Source: an uncultured Actinomycetes bacterium (GTDB lineage Bacteria > Actinomycetota > UBA4738 > JACQTL01). Taken from it: DNA of 64,000 bases. The first letter of the stretch is position 1, and the number at the start of each line of letters is the position of its first letter. The position numbers were made by a program, and so were the translations under genes. The notes below the pieces were generated by a model. The model was given only the letters and a program-made list of their open reading frames with translations, had not been told where the DNA came from and did not search any database. The DNA lies in NCBI GenBank assembly GCA_963772375.1, contig CAVYXG010000009.1, forward strand, positions 31,312 through 95,311, written 5' to 3'. Shown piece by piece: positions 38,683 to 48,075 of the stretch.

Positions 38683-41544
38683 ATGAACGAGGACCTCGTC
38701 GGCAGGGAGGGCCTGCTGGGGGAGCTCACGGACTGGCTGACCGGGGCCCTCGCCGGCCGGGGGTCCGTCCTGTTCGTGGCCGGCGAGGCGGGGGTGGGGA
38801 AGACCGCGCTCGTCCGGGCGGCCCTCGGGGACGCGGTCCCCGACGTGGTGGAGGGCGTGGGGGTCGAGGACGGCGCCGCCCCGTACGGCCCGGTCGTGTC
38901 GGCGCTGCGACAGGTCCGCCGGGACCGGGACCCCGGTCTCGACGAGCCGGCGCGTTCGGCCCTGTCGAGCCTGCTCCCGGAGCTCGGAGCGCCGGACGGG
39001 CGAACGGACCGCAATCGGCTGTTCGACGCCGTGTGCGGCATGCTCTCGGCGGCGGCCCGGGACCGTCCGCTCGTCGTGTTCCTCGACGACCTCCAGTGGG
39101 CCGACCACGCCACGCTCGACCTGCTGCCCGCCCTGGCGCGGTCGCTGGAACACGTTCCGGTCGCCATCATCGGCGCGTACCGTTCCGACGAGCTGCCCAG
39201 GGGGCACCCGATCCGGGGGGCCCGGATGGAGCTTCGCCGGACGGGCCGGTTCCGGGAGATCGTCGTGGGGCTGCTCGACATGGACGCCACCGCCGAGCTC
39301 CTGCGGCGCAGGCTGGGCGACCGGGCCTCGCCCTCCCTCGCGGCCACGGTGTTCGACCGGACGGACGGCGTGCCGTTCTTCGTGGAGGAGCTCGCAGCCG
39401 CCCTGTCGGCCGGTGGGCGGCTGCGGGCCGGGCCGGCCGGCCTCGAGCTCGCCGGGAGCGGGGACGTTCCCGTGCCGGAGAGCGTCCGCGACGCGGTCCT
39501 GGTCCGCGCGTCGGGGCTTCCGGCGGACGCGTGGTCGGCCGTGCTGGCCGCGTCGGTGGCGGGGCAGGCGTTCGATCCGGCGACGGCCGCCGTGATCGCC
39601 GGCCTCGGCGAATGGCCGGACGAACCGGCCCGCGCCGGGCTCGTCGTCGAGGCCGGAGACGGGATGGCGTTCCGGCATGCGCTCGTCCGCGACGCCTGCT
39701 ACGGCGAGATCGGCTGGACCCGGCGGACGGCGTTGCACCGTTCGGTCGCCGAGCGGCTGCAGCTGGCCGGGGCGCCGCCGGCCGTCGTGGCGGAGCACTG
39801 GGCCCGGGGCCGGGAGCCGGAGCTGGCCAGGAGCTCGTTCGCCGCGGCAGCCGAGGAGTTCCGCAGGGTGCACGCCCATCGCGACGCCGTGCGGGCCGAC
39901 CGCCGTGCCCTCGACCTGTGGCCCGAGGGGATGGACCCTTCCGGTCGCCAGGAGGTCCTCGAGCACCTCGCCGGGTGCGCGGAGCTGGCGGGTGAGCTCG
40001 GGGAGGCGGTGGCGACGTGGCGGGAGGCGGCCGAGGGGTGGCGGCAGCAGGCCGACGCCGCGCGGCTCGGCCCGGCCTGCCGGCGTCTGGCCGGCGCCCT
40101 GGAGATGCAGGGCCGGTGGGAGGAGGCGCTGGCGGCCAGGGAGCAGGCCGCGGGGGCGTTCGACGCGGTGGCCTCGCCGGCCGACGCTGCTGCGGAGCGC
40201 CTCGCGGCCGGCGCGCACCTCCGTTCGGCCGCCCGGTTCCGGGCGGCTCTCGACGTCTGCGAACGGGGGCTCGCCGACGCCCGCCGCGCGGGCCGGATCG
40301 ACCTCGAGACGCGCATCCTCGGGCTCGAAGGCAACGTCCGGGCGCGAATGGGGGAGGGGGAGCCGGCGCTCGACCTGGTGCGGTTCGCCCTGACGACCGC
40401 GCTCGGCAACAACCTGACGGGGCCGGCCGCGGACATCTACCAGCGGCTGGCGGACGCGCTGGAGCACGCCGGCGAGTACCCGGCGGCCAGGGAGGCGTAC
40501 GACGCGGCGGTGGGGTTCTGCTCGGCCAACGCGCTCGACCGGCCGGAACAGCTGTGCCTGGCCTGCCTCACGGTGGTGCTGCGGCAGTCGGGGGACTGGG
40601 AGCGGGCCGTCACGGTGTGCCGCCGGGTCATCGCCTCGCCGGAGGCATCTCTCCACGCCCGGGCCGTCGCCACCGGGACGCTGGGCACGATCCTCGCGGT
40701 GCGGGGGCAGGCGAGGCGGGCCCGGCCGCTGCTGCTGGAGTCGGCGTCGGTGGCCCGCCGGATCGAGCTGACCGCCATGGAGCTGCTCTCCGGATGGGGG
40801 CTGGCCCTCGAGGCCCACCTCGGAGGCTCGGATCAGTCGGCTGCCGAGGGCTGCCGCGGCATCCTCGAACGGTGGGCCCGCTCCGAGGACCGCCACTACG
40901 CGATCTCGCCGCTCCGGTGGGCGGCCACGCTGTTCGCGGAGTCGGGCGACGCTGCCGGCGCCGGCGCGTGCGTCGAGGCCCTCGGCCGGATCGCGTCCGA
41001 CTCGCCGCAGCCCGAGTCCCTGGCCGCGCTCTCGCACGCGATCGGCGAGGCGGCGATCCTGGACGGCGACCCCGAGACGGCGGCGGCGCAGTTCGCGCAG
41101 GCCCTCGACCTCCTGCGTCCGGTGGACGTGCCGTTCGAACGGATGGAATCCGAACGCCGCTGCGCCGCCGCGCTGGCGTCGGCCGGCCGCCGGGAGGAGG
41201 CGGTCGAACGGCTGGTCGTGGCCCACCGCACGGCCGTCCGGCTGAAGGCCCGTCCGTTCACCGAACGCATCGCCGCCGGCCTCGCCGCCCTCGGCGAGCG
41301 GCCGGACCGCCGGTTCAGCCGGCGTGCGGCCGAACAGCTCGCCGCCGGCGGGTTGACGCGTCGCGAGACGGAGGTGGTCCGGCTGGTGGCGGTGGGGCGG
41401 ACCAACCGGGAGATCGCGCGGGAGCTCTTCGTGAGCCATCGCACGGTGGAGATGCACGTGCAGCACATCCTGGCCAAGCTCGACTGCCGGACGCGGGCGG
41501 ACGCCGCCCGGCGGGCCACCGAGCTTGGGCTGCTGGGCGCCTGA
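38683..41544 (+). CDS. Large AAA-ATPase/LuxR (LAL/STAND) transcriptional regulator
   Basis: GEAGVGKT, LDDLQWAD, FRHAL, TPR-like middle, LTRRE..TNREIA..LFVS HTH. Confidence 0.93.
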   Translation: MNEDLVGREGLLGELTDWLTGALAGRGSVLFVAGEAGVGKTALVRAALGDAVPDVVEGVGVEDGAAPYGPVVSALRQVRRDRDPGLDEPARSALSSLLPELGAPDGRTDRNRLFDAVCGMLSAAARDRPLVVFLDDLQWADHATLDLLPALARSLEHVPVAIIGAYRSDELPRGHPIRGARMELRRTGRFREIVVGLLDMDATAELLRRRLGDRASPSLAATVFDRTDGVPFFVEELAAALSAGGRLRAGPAGLELAGSGDVPVPESVRDAVLVRASGLPADAWSAVLAASVAGQAFDPATAAVIAGLGEWPDEPARAGLVVEAGDGMAFRHALVRDACYGEIGWTRRTALHRSVAERLQLAGAPPAVVAEHWARGREPELARSSFAAAAEEFRRVHAHRDAVRADRRALDLWPEGMDPSGRQEVLEHLAGCAELAGELGEAVATWREAAEGWRQQADAARLGPACRRLAGALEMQGRWEEALAAREQAAGAFDAVASPADAAAERLAAGAHLRSAARFRAALDVCERGLADARRAGRIDLETRILGLEGNVRARMGEGEPALDLVRFALTTALGNNLTGPAADIYQRLADALEHAGEYPAAREAYDAAVGFCSANALDRPEQLCLACLTVVLRQSGDWERAVTVCRRVIASPEASLHARAVATGTLGTILAVRGQARRARPLLLESASVARRIELTAMELLSGWGLALEAHLGGSDQSAAEGCRGILERWARSEDRHYAISPLRWAATLFAESGDAAGAGACVEALGRIASDSPQPESLAALSHAIGEAAILDGDPETAAAQFAQALDLLRPVDVPFERMESERRCAAALASAGRREEAVERLVVAHRTAVRLKARPFTERIAAGLAALGERPDRRFSRRAAEQLAAGGLTRRETEVVRLVAVGRTNREIARELFVSHRTVEMHVQHILAKLDCRTRADAARRATELGLLGA

Positions 41545-41608
41545 GCCCTACCCCCTGGCCGACGAAGGGGGACGCAGCTCCGCGGGTGCGCTCGAGGAGG
41601 GCCTGAGC

Positions 41609-42745
41609 TCAGCCGCCGAACCAGCGGGCCCCGCGGGAGGCCGCGTACTCGCGCTTCTCGGCCGCGGTCGCCTCGGAGGGCTCGGTGAACGTTCCCGTCG
41701 GGTGGCCGGGGGTCGCGAAGAAGTCCACGTCGACACGACCGACGGTGTGCTCGCCGAACTCGACGTAGCACGTGCCCGTGCCGTCGTACCCGGGCGGCGT
41801 CTCCCGGCCGCGGATCCGCGCGACCAGGTGGTCGGCCACCACGCGCGCGGCCCGCTCCGCGAACACGCCCGCCTTCGGCGTCCCCACGCTGGTCACGTCG
41901 CCAACCGCGTACACGCCCGGGAACCGCGTCGCCAGGGTTCGCTTATCGACCGGGACCCAGCCGTCGACCGCGAGGCCGGACTCCTCGACGACGCGCGGCA
42001 CGCGATGGACCGGGACCCCGAGGAACAGGTCGAAGGGCAGGCGCCGTTCGTCGGAGAGGACCGCCTCGCGCGCCGCCGGGTCGAGCGCCGTCACCCGGGC
42101 GTTCGGCACGAACTCGATGCCCTGCTCGGCGAACCTGGCCAGGATCGCCTCCGACGTGTCGCGCGAGGGCGGGATCGGGGTTCCGAACGGGATCACCACC
42201 TGGATCCGGACGTCGTCGCGAAGCCCGCGTTCGCTCAGGAACTCGTCGAGCAGCAGCGCGGTCTCGCTCGGTGCCGGCGGGCACTTGAACGGCGCCCCGC
42301 ACACGCCGACGATCGCGGTCCCCGACCGGAACTCCGGGAGCACGTCCCGAAGGGCCGCGGCGCCGGCCACGGTGTAGAACTCGTGCCCGGCCTCCGCCAG
42401 GCCCGACGTGGCGCCGACGTCGAGGTCCGCCCCCAGCGCCACCACGAGGACGTCCGCCCCGTGCTCGTCGAGGTCCGTGACGACGCGCCGCCGCTCCGGA
42501 TCGATCGCCGTGATCGTCTCCTGCCGGAACCGGACCCGCGGCGTCGTGATCGAGGCGTAGGGCAGCCGAACCGCCTCGGGCGTCCGCTCGCCGAACATCA
42601 CGTCCAGCTTGGCGAAGCCGAACACGAACGCGTCCGACCGGTCGATCAGCGTGACCTCGACGAGGTCGCCCAACGCCTCGGACAGGCGCGTGGACAGCTC
42701 GAGCCCGCCGAAGCCGGCGCCGAGCACGAGAACGGAGGTCGTCAT
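41609..42745 (-). CDS. FAD-dependent oxidoreductase, sulfide:quinone oxidoreductase/FCSD-like
   Basis: GAGFGG, PFKCPPAPSE, YAVGD, PKAGVFA, TCYVEFG. Confidence 0.82.
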   Translation of the reverse strand: MTTSVLVLGAGFGGLELSTRLSEALGDLVEVTLIDRSDAFVFGFAKLDVMFGERTPEAVRLPYASITTPRVRFRQETITAIDPERRRVVTDLDEHGADVLVVALGADLDVGATSGLAEAGHEFYTVAGAAALRDVLPEFRSGTAIVGVCGAPFKCPPAPSETALLLDEFLSERGLRDDVRIQVVIPFGTPIPPSRDTSEAILARFAEQGIEFVPNARVTALDPAAREAVLSDERRLPFDLFLGVPVHRVPRVVEESGLAVDGWVPVDKRTLATRFPGVYAVGDVTSVGTPKAGVFAERAARVVADHLVARIRGRETPPGYDGTGTCYVEFGEHTVGRVDVDFFATPGHPTGTFTEPSEATAAEKREYAASRGARWFGG

Positions 42746-42839
42746 GGAGCGAACCCTACGCGACTCGCCTGTGGTTCGGTCGAGGTGTTCCGGGCCGCCG
42801 GGGCCCACTTAGACTGCGTCCGATCGTCCTTCGATCCAG

Positions 42840-45800
42840 GTGGTGCCGGGAATGGGGACCAGGCGTGCTCGCGCGGGACCGGGGGACCGGAATGCGCTGA
42901 ACAGGCGGTTCGAGGCGATCGTCTTCGACTGGGAGGGGACGGCCGTCCCCGACCGCTCGGCCGACGCGTCCGGGGTGCGCGAGCTCGTCGAGCGTCTGTG
43001 TGCCGAGGGCATGGACGTCGTCGTGGTCAGCGGGACGCACGTCGGGAACGTGGACGGGCAGCTGGGGGCCCGGCCCGGCGGACCCGGACGCCTGTACCTG
43101 CTCCTGAATCGGGGGTCCGAGGTCTTCCTCGCGGGCCGGGACGGCGTCGAGCTCGTCTTCCGACGACTCGCCACCCCGGAGGAGGAAGCGGCCCTGACAC
43201 GGGCGGCCCAGCTCACCGTGTCGACGCTGGCCGACCTGGGGCTCCGGGCCGAGATCGTCTCTGAGCGTCTGAACCGAAGGAAGGTGGACCTCATTCCCGA
43301 GCCGGAATGGGCGGATCCTCCGAAGGCCCGGATCGACGAGCTGGTCGCGGCGGTGGAGGGCCGCCTCAGCCGCGTCGGCCTCGGCGGGTTGCCCCAGATC
43401 GTCGGGATCGCGGAGCTGGCGGCCGCCGAGGCGAACCTGCCGCACGCCCGGGTGACCAGCGACGCGAAGCACGTGGAGATCGGTCTCACCGACAAATCCG
43501 ACTCGGCGCGATGGATCCTGGCCGAGCTGTGGCGACGGGGGATACGACCCGGCCAGGTGCTGATCGCGGGGGATGAGCTCGGTCCCCTGGGCAGGCTCCC
43601 CGGCAGCGACTCGCTGATGTTGGTCCCCGAGGGGGCCGCCGCCACGGTCATCTCGGTCGGCGTCGAGCCCACCGGCGTCCCCGCGGGAGTCGTCGCCCTG
43701 GGTGGCGGGCCCGCGGCGTTCGTCGACATCCTCCGGGACCAGCTTCGGCGGAGGCGGGATGGGGAGATTCCACAGATCGGCGACGAGCCCGAATGGACGA
43801 TCACCATGCACGGATTCGACCCTGAGGCGGAGCGCGTCCAGGAGTCCCTCCTGACCCTGGCGGACGGTCGTATCGGCACTCGCGGGAGCCCGCTCGGCGA
43901 GGATCCGTCGGCGACGAGCGCGGTCCTGGCATCGGGCATCTACATGGACCAGGGCCCGGAGACCGAGCTGCTGTCCTGTCCGCTGTGGAATCGTCTGTCC
44001 TTCCACATGGATGGCCAAGCGGGGCTCCGTCGCACCCTCGACCTGCGGACGGGACTGCTCCGCCGTGAGTTCTCCTCCGGGGGCGGGTCCCTCGCCGCCG
44101 TGATGTTCTCGTCGTTCGCCCGTCCCGGCATCGTCGCCCTGCGCGCCGAGGGGTCGGCCGATCTGCTCGGTCCCGGGCCGATCCTGCTCCCCGGAGCCGG
44201 CGGCCCATCGAGTGATGGTCAGACCGGTGAGGCCGAGAGCGCCAGATGGGCGCTGGTGGCCGGGACGAACGGGGGCGTCGCGGCCGCTGCGGCGGAGGCG
44301 AGAGTCGACCGTCAGGGGCCCACCCGGCTCGAGCGCATGGCCGCCTACGTCTCCGATCCGGTCGAGGTGCCGCCTCCCGATGCCCCGCTCCGGTACCTCC
44401 AGGAGGCCAGGGAGGCGGGGTTCGAGCATCTCCTCGCGGAACACCGATCGCAGTGGTCCCGGCGGTGGGAGCAGGCGGACGTCGTCATCCACGGTGATCC
44501 GGAGCTGCAGCAGGCCGTCCGGTTCGCGCTGTTCCACCTGATGGCCTCCGTGACGGACTCGGGGGAGGCCGGGGTCGGGGCGCGGGGGCTCACGGGGCGC
44601 GCGTACCGAGGGCACGTGTTCTGGGACAGCGACGTCTTCGTCCTCCCGTTCCTCGCAGCCACCCACCCGGAGGCCGCCCGGGCCATGCTCGAGTATCGGG
44701 TTCGGCGCCTCCCCGCCGCCCTGGCGTTCGCGCGGGCGATGGGGCGGAAGGGCGCCCGGTTCCCGTGGGAGTCGGCGGCCACCGGCCGGGACGTCACGCC
44801 GATCAAGACCCGGGACCGGACGGGGAACGTCGTCCCGATCCGGACCGGCCTGCTCGAGGAGCACATCGTGGCCGACGTCGCGTGGGCCGCCGCCTGCTAC
44901 ACGGACTGGACGGGGGACGAGGCGTTCGCCCGAGGTCCCGGACGCAGCCTCCTGATCGAGACCGCGCGGTTCTGGAGCTCGCGGGCGAGATTCGACGCCG
45001 AGGGCAGGGCCCACATCTACGGGGTGGTCGGCCCCGACGAGTATCACGAACCGGTGGACGACAACGCCTTCACCAACGTGATGGCCCGGTGGAACCTCCG
45101 CCGGGCGGCAGGGGCGGTGGCCGGAGGCGACGAAGAGGTCGGCGAGTTCGAGCGCCTTCAGTGGCTGGAGCTGGCGGACGCGATGGTCGACGGCTTCGAT
45201 CCGAGGACCCGCCTGTACGAGCAGTTCGCCGGGTTCCACGATCTGGAGCCGCTCGTCATCGCGGACTTCGCCCCGCGCCGGCCCGTGTCTGCCAGCTTCC
45301 TGCTCGGCACGGACCGGGTGCGGGGAGCCCAGGTGGTGAAGCAGGCCGACGTCCTGATGCTCCACCACATGGTCCCCGAGGAGGTGTCGCCCGATTCGCT
45401 GCTCGCGAACCTTCGCTTCTACGAGCCCCGGACCGCCCACGGCAGCTCGCTGTCTCCGGGGATCCACGCCGCCGTCTTCGCGCGGGCCCGCCTGCTCGAC
45501 GCGGCCGTGAGATCGCTCCACCTGGCGAGCAGGATGGACCTCGACGACCTGACGGGGACCACCGCGGGAGGGCTGCATCTGGCGACCATGGGCAGCGTGT
45601 GGCAGGCGCTGGTCTTCGGCTTCGCCGGCATCCGGCCGCGCGGGAACGCCTTGCATATCGATCCGGTCCTGCCGCCGACCTGGAAGGGCCTGGAGGTCAG
45701 GGTTCGATTTCGGGGCATCCCGGTCCGGGCGACCGTCGGGTTCGCGTCCCTTCGGGTGGAATGCGAACGACCCGTCTCCGTCCTGATCGGGGAGCGGGGT

Positions 45801-45875
45801 GAGCCCGTCGAGGTCGGGCCGTCGGGGGCGAGCTTCCGGTTCGCGGGTGGAGGCTGGGAGATGGAGGAACCGTGA
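42840..45875 (+). CDS. HAD-like domain fused to a glycoside hydrolase family 65 (disaccharide phosphorylase) domain
   Basis: N-terminal VFDWEGT and IAGDE; GH65 GLTG..YRGHVFWD, GPDEYHE.VDDNAFTN, KQADV, HGSSLS; start uncertain. Confidence 0.88.
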   Translation: MVPGMGTRRARAGPGDRNALNRRFEAIVFDWEGTAVPDRSADASGVRELVERLCAEGMDVVVVSGTHVGNVDGQLGARPGGPGRLYLLLNRGSEVFLAGRDGVELVFRRLATPEEEAALTRAAQLTVSTLADLGLRAEIVSERLNRRKVDLIPEPEWADPPKARIDELVAAVEGRLSRVGLGGLPQIVGIAELAAAEANLPHARVTSDAKHVEIGLTDKSDSARWILAELWRRGIRPGQVLIAGDELGPLGRLPGSDSLMLVPEGAAATVISVGVEPTGVPAGVVALGGGPAAFVDILRDQLRRRRDGEIPQIGDEPEWTITMHGFDPEAERVQESLLTLADGRIGTRGSPLGEDPSATSAVLASGIYMDQGPETELLSCPLWNRLSFHMDGQAGLRRTLDLRTGLLRREFSSGGGSLAAVMFSSFARPGIVALRAEGSADLLGPGPILLPGAGGPSSDGQTGEAESARWALVAGTNGGVAAAAAEARVDRQGPTRLERMAAYVSDPVEVPPPDAPLRYLQEAREAGFEHLLAEHRSQWSRRWEQADVVIHGDPELQQAVRFALFHLMASVTDSGEAGVGARGLTGRAYRGHVFWDSDVFVLPFLAATHPEAARAMLEYRVRRLPAALAFARAMGRKGARFPWESAATGRDVTPIKTRDRTGNVVPIRTGLLEEHIVADVAWAAACYTDWTGDEAFARGPGRSLLIETARFWSSRARFDAEGRAHIYGVVGPDEYHEPVDDNAFTNVMARWNLRRAAGAVAGGDEEVGEFERLQWLELADAMVDGFDPRTRLYEQFAGFHDLEPLVIADFAPRRPVSASFLLGTDRVRGAQVVKQADVLMLHHMVPEEVSPDSLLANLRFYEPRTAHGSSLSPGIHAAVFARARLLDAAVRSLHLASRMDLDDLTGTTAGGLHLATMGSVWQALVFGFAGIRPRGNALHIDPVLPPTWKGLEVRVRFRGIPVRATVGFASLRVECERPVSVLIGERGEPVEVGPSGASFRFAGGGWEMEEP

Positions 45876-46633
45876 CGAGAGTGATCGCCGCGATCGCCGG
45901 CAGCGACGTCGACGGTGCCGTGATGGAGGTCGCCACGGTGATCGCCTACGTGCTCGGTGCGACCCCCGAGGCCGTGCACGTGGGGGGCGGTGACGTGGGG
46001 TCACCCGGTGAGGCGGACGTGGGCGGGATGCGGGTCTGGAACGTGACCGGCGCTCCCGAGCGGGTCCTGCGCCAGATCGCGGACGAGATGGACGTCGTCG
46101 CGCTCGTGATGGGGACGGGCGGCACCGGGGGAGGGGCTCGCCCGGTCGGTTCGGTGGCCGGGGACGTGATCACGTCGGTTCGCGTTCCGGTGGTGCTGGT
46201 CCCGCCGGCGACTCCGAGCCCGTTCGCGATCCATCGGGTGCTCGTGCCGCTGGCCGGGGATCCCGGCTCGGCCGCTCCGGTCGGCACCGCGGTCCGGGTC
46301 GTGCGCGCACGCGACATCGAGGTGATCGTCCTGCACGTGTTCACCGACTCATCGATACCGGCGTTCGACGATCAACCGCAGCACGAGACCGACGCCTGGG
46401 CCCGGGAGTTCCTGGCCCGCTACGTTCGCCTCGACGAGAGCGCGGTGCGGCTGGAGCTTCGGGTCGGAGACCCCGCCGAGGAGCTCCTGACGCTGGCCGA
46501 GGAATCCGAGGCCGACATGATCGCCCTGGGGTGGGCCCAGGACCTGTCCCCTGCCGGGGCGAGGATCGTTCGCCCCGTCCTCGAGCGCTCGAGGGTTCCC
46601 GTCGTGCTCCTGCCGCTGATGCAGGCCGAATGA
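45872..46633 (+). CDS. Universal stress protein (two degenerate domains)
   Basis: GSVAGDVI..VPVVLVP; GDPAEEL..ADMIALG..VPVVLLP. Confidence 0.8.
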   Translation: MTRVIAAIAGSDVDGAVMEVATVIAYVLGATPEAVHVGGGDVGSPGEADVGGMRVWNVTGAPERVLRQIADEMDVVALVMGTGGTGGGARPVGSVAGDVITSVRVPVVLVPPATPSPFAIHRVLVPLAGDPGSAAPVGTAVRVVRARDIEVIVLHVFTDSSIPAFDDQPQHETDAWAREFLARYVRLDESAVRLELRVGDPAEELLTLAEESEADMIALGWAQDLSPAGARIVRPVLERSRVPVVLLPLMQAE

Positions 46634-48000
46634 CGATGTCCACGCTGCTCGTGGCCGGCGCCGCCCACGTGTGGTGCGGCGACGCTGGGGAGACCGAGGT
46701 TTCCGACGCGTCGATCCTGTGCCGCGACGGCGTCATCGACCGGATCGGGACCCCGGACCACACGTGGCCGGCGGCCGACGAAGTGCTCGACGCACGTGAC
46801 TGCCTGGTCGTGCCGGGCCTCGTGAACACCCACCACCACCTCTACCAGACGCTCACGCGGGCCTACTCGCCCGCGGTCGGATGCGATCTGTTCGGCTGGC
46901 TCCGGGCCCTGTATCCGGTGTGGGCCAGGCTGGACGAGGAGAGCGCGTACGTCTCCGCATGGGTGGGCCTCGCGGAGCTGCTGCTCTCCGGATGCACGAC
47001 ATCGAGCGACCTGCTGTACGTGCATCCCCACGGCCGAGAGCGACTGATCGACGCGGAGATCCGCGCCGCCGAGGAGCTGGGGATCCGGTTCCATGCGACG
47101 CGCGGATCCATGTCGTTGTCGGAGAAGGACGGGGGTCTGCCCCCCGACGAGGTCGTGCAGAAGGACGACGAGATCCTGGCCGACAGCGAACGTCTCGTGC
47201 GCCGGTTCCACGACCCGGCTCCTGGAGCGATGGTCCGGGTGGGGCTGGCGCCGTGTTCGCCGTTCTCGGTGACCCCGGAGCTGATGCGCCGATCAGCCGA
47301 GCTGGCCAGGGCCCTCGGGGTTCGGCTGCACACGCACCTTGCCGAGACCACGAACGAGGAGGCGTACTGCCGGGAACGGTTCGGAACGACCCCCTACGAG
47401 CTGGCCCGGAGGCTGGACTGGCTGGCGCCCGACGTGTGGCTCGCGCACGGCGTGTGGACGAGTCCCGGCGAGGCCGCCCTCCTCGCGGAGACGGGAACAT
47501 CCGTCACGCACTGCCCGACCTCGAACATGATGATCGGAGCCGGCCTCTGCCCGGTGACCGACCTCCTGGAGGCCGGAGTCTCGGTCGGCTTGGGCTGCGA
47601 CGGGTCCGCCGCCAACGACGCGAGCGATCTGTGGGGCGAGGTCCGGCAGGCCGTGCTGCTCGCCCACCTCCGGGGCGGCCCGGCCTCGTTCGCCGCCCGG
47701 GACGCCCTCGCCCTCGCGACCCGGGGAAGCTCCGCATGTCTCGGCAGGGACGACATCGGTTCCCTCGAGCCCGGGAAGCGCGCGGACATCGCCTGCTTCC
47801 CCCTCGACGGGCTCTCGCTGGCCGGGGCCGTCCTCGATCCGGTGGAGGCGTCCATCCGGTGCGCCGTGCGGGGTGCGAGACACACGGTCGTCGAGGGTCG
47901 CGTGTTGGTCAGGGATGGCCGGCTCGTGGCCGATCCGGGTGCCGTCGTCGACCGTCATCGGGCCATCGCGGCCGAATGGGCGGAGGCCGTGGCCCGGTAG
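46630..48000 (+). CDS. 8-oxoguanine deaminase/AtzB-like amidohydrolase
   Basis: PGLVNTHHHLYQTLTR, APCSPFSVT, HTHLAET, HCPTSNM, GCDGSA.ND. Confidence 0.88.
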   Translation: MTMSTLLVAGAAHVWCGDAGETEVSDASILCRDGVIDRIGTPDHTWPAADEVLDARDCLVVPGLVNTHHHLYQTLTRAYSPAVGCDLFGWLRALYPVWARLDEESAYVSAWVGLAELLLSGCTTSSDLLYVHPHGRERLIDAEIRAAEELGIRFHATRGSMSLSEKDGGLPPDEVVQKDDEILADSERLVRRFHDPAPGAMVRVGLAPCSPFSVTPELMRRSAELARALGVRLHTHLAETTNEEAYCRERFGTTPYELARRLDWLAPDVWLAHGVWTSPGEAALLAETGTSVTHCPTSNMMIGAGLCPVTDLLEAGVSVGLGCDGSAANDASDLWGEVRQAVLLAHLRGGPASFAARDALALATRGSSACLGRDDIGSLEPGKRADIACFPLDGLSLAGAVLDPVEASIRCAVRGARHTVVEGRVLVRDGRLVADPGAVVDRHRAIAAEWAEAVAR

Positions 48001-48075
48001 CGGATCAGGGGAAAGTCCCGGGCCGAGCGGCTCAGCGATCTTCCTCCGCTCGGCCGAGAGGTCCATGGGCCTGCT

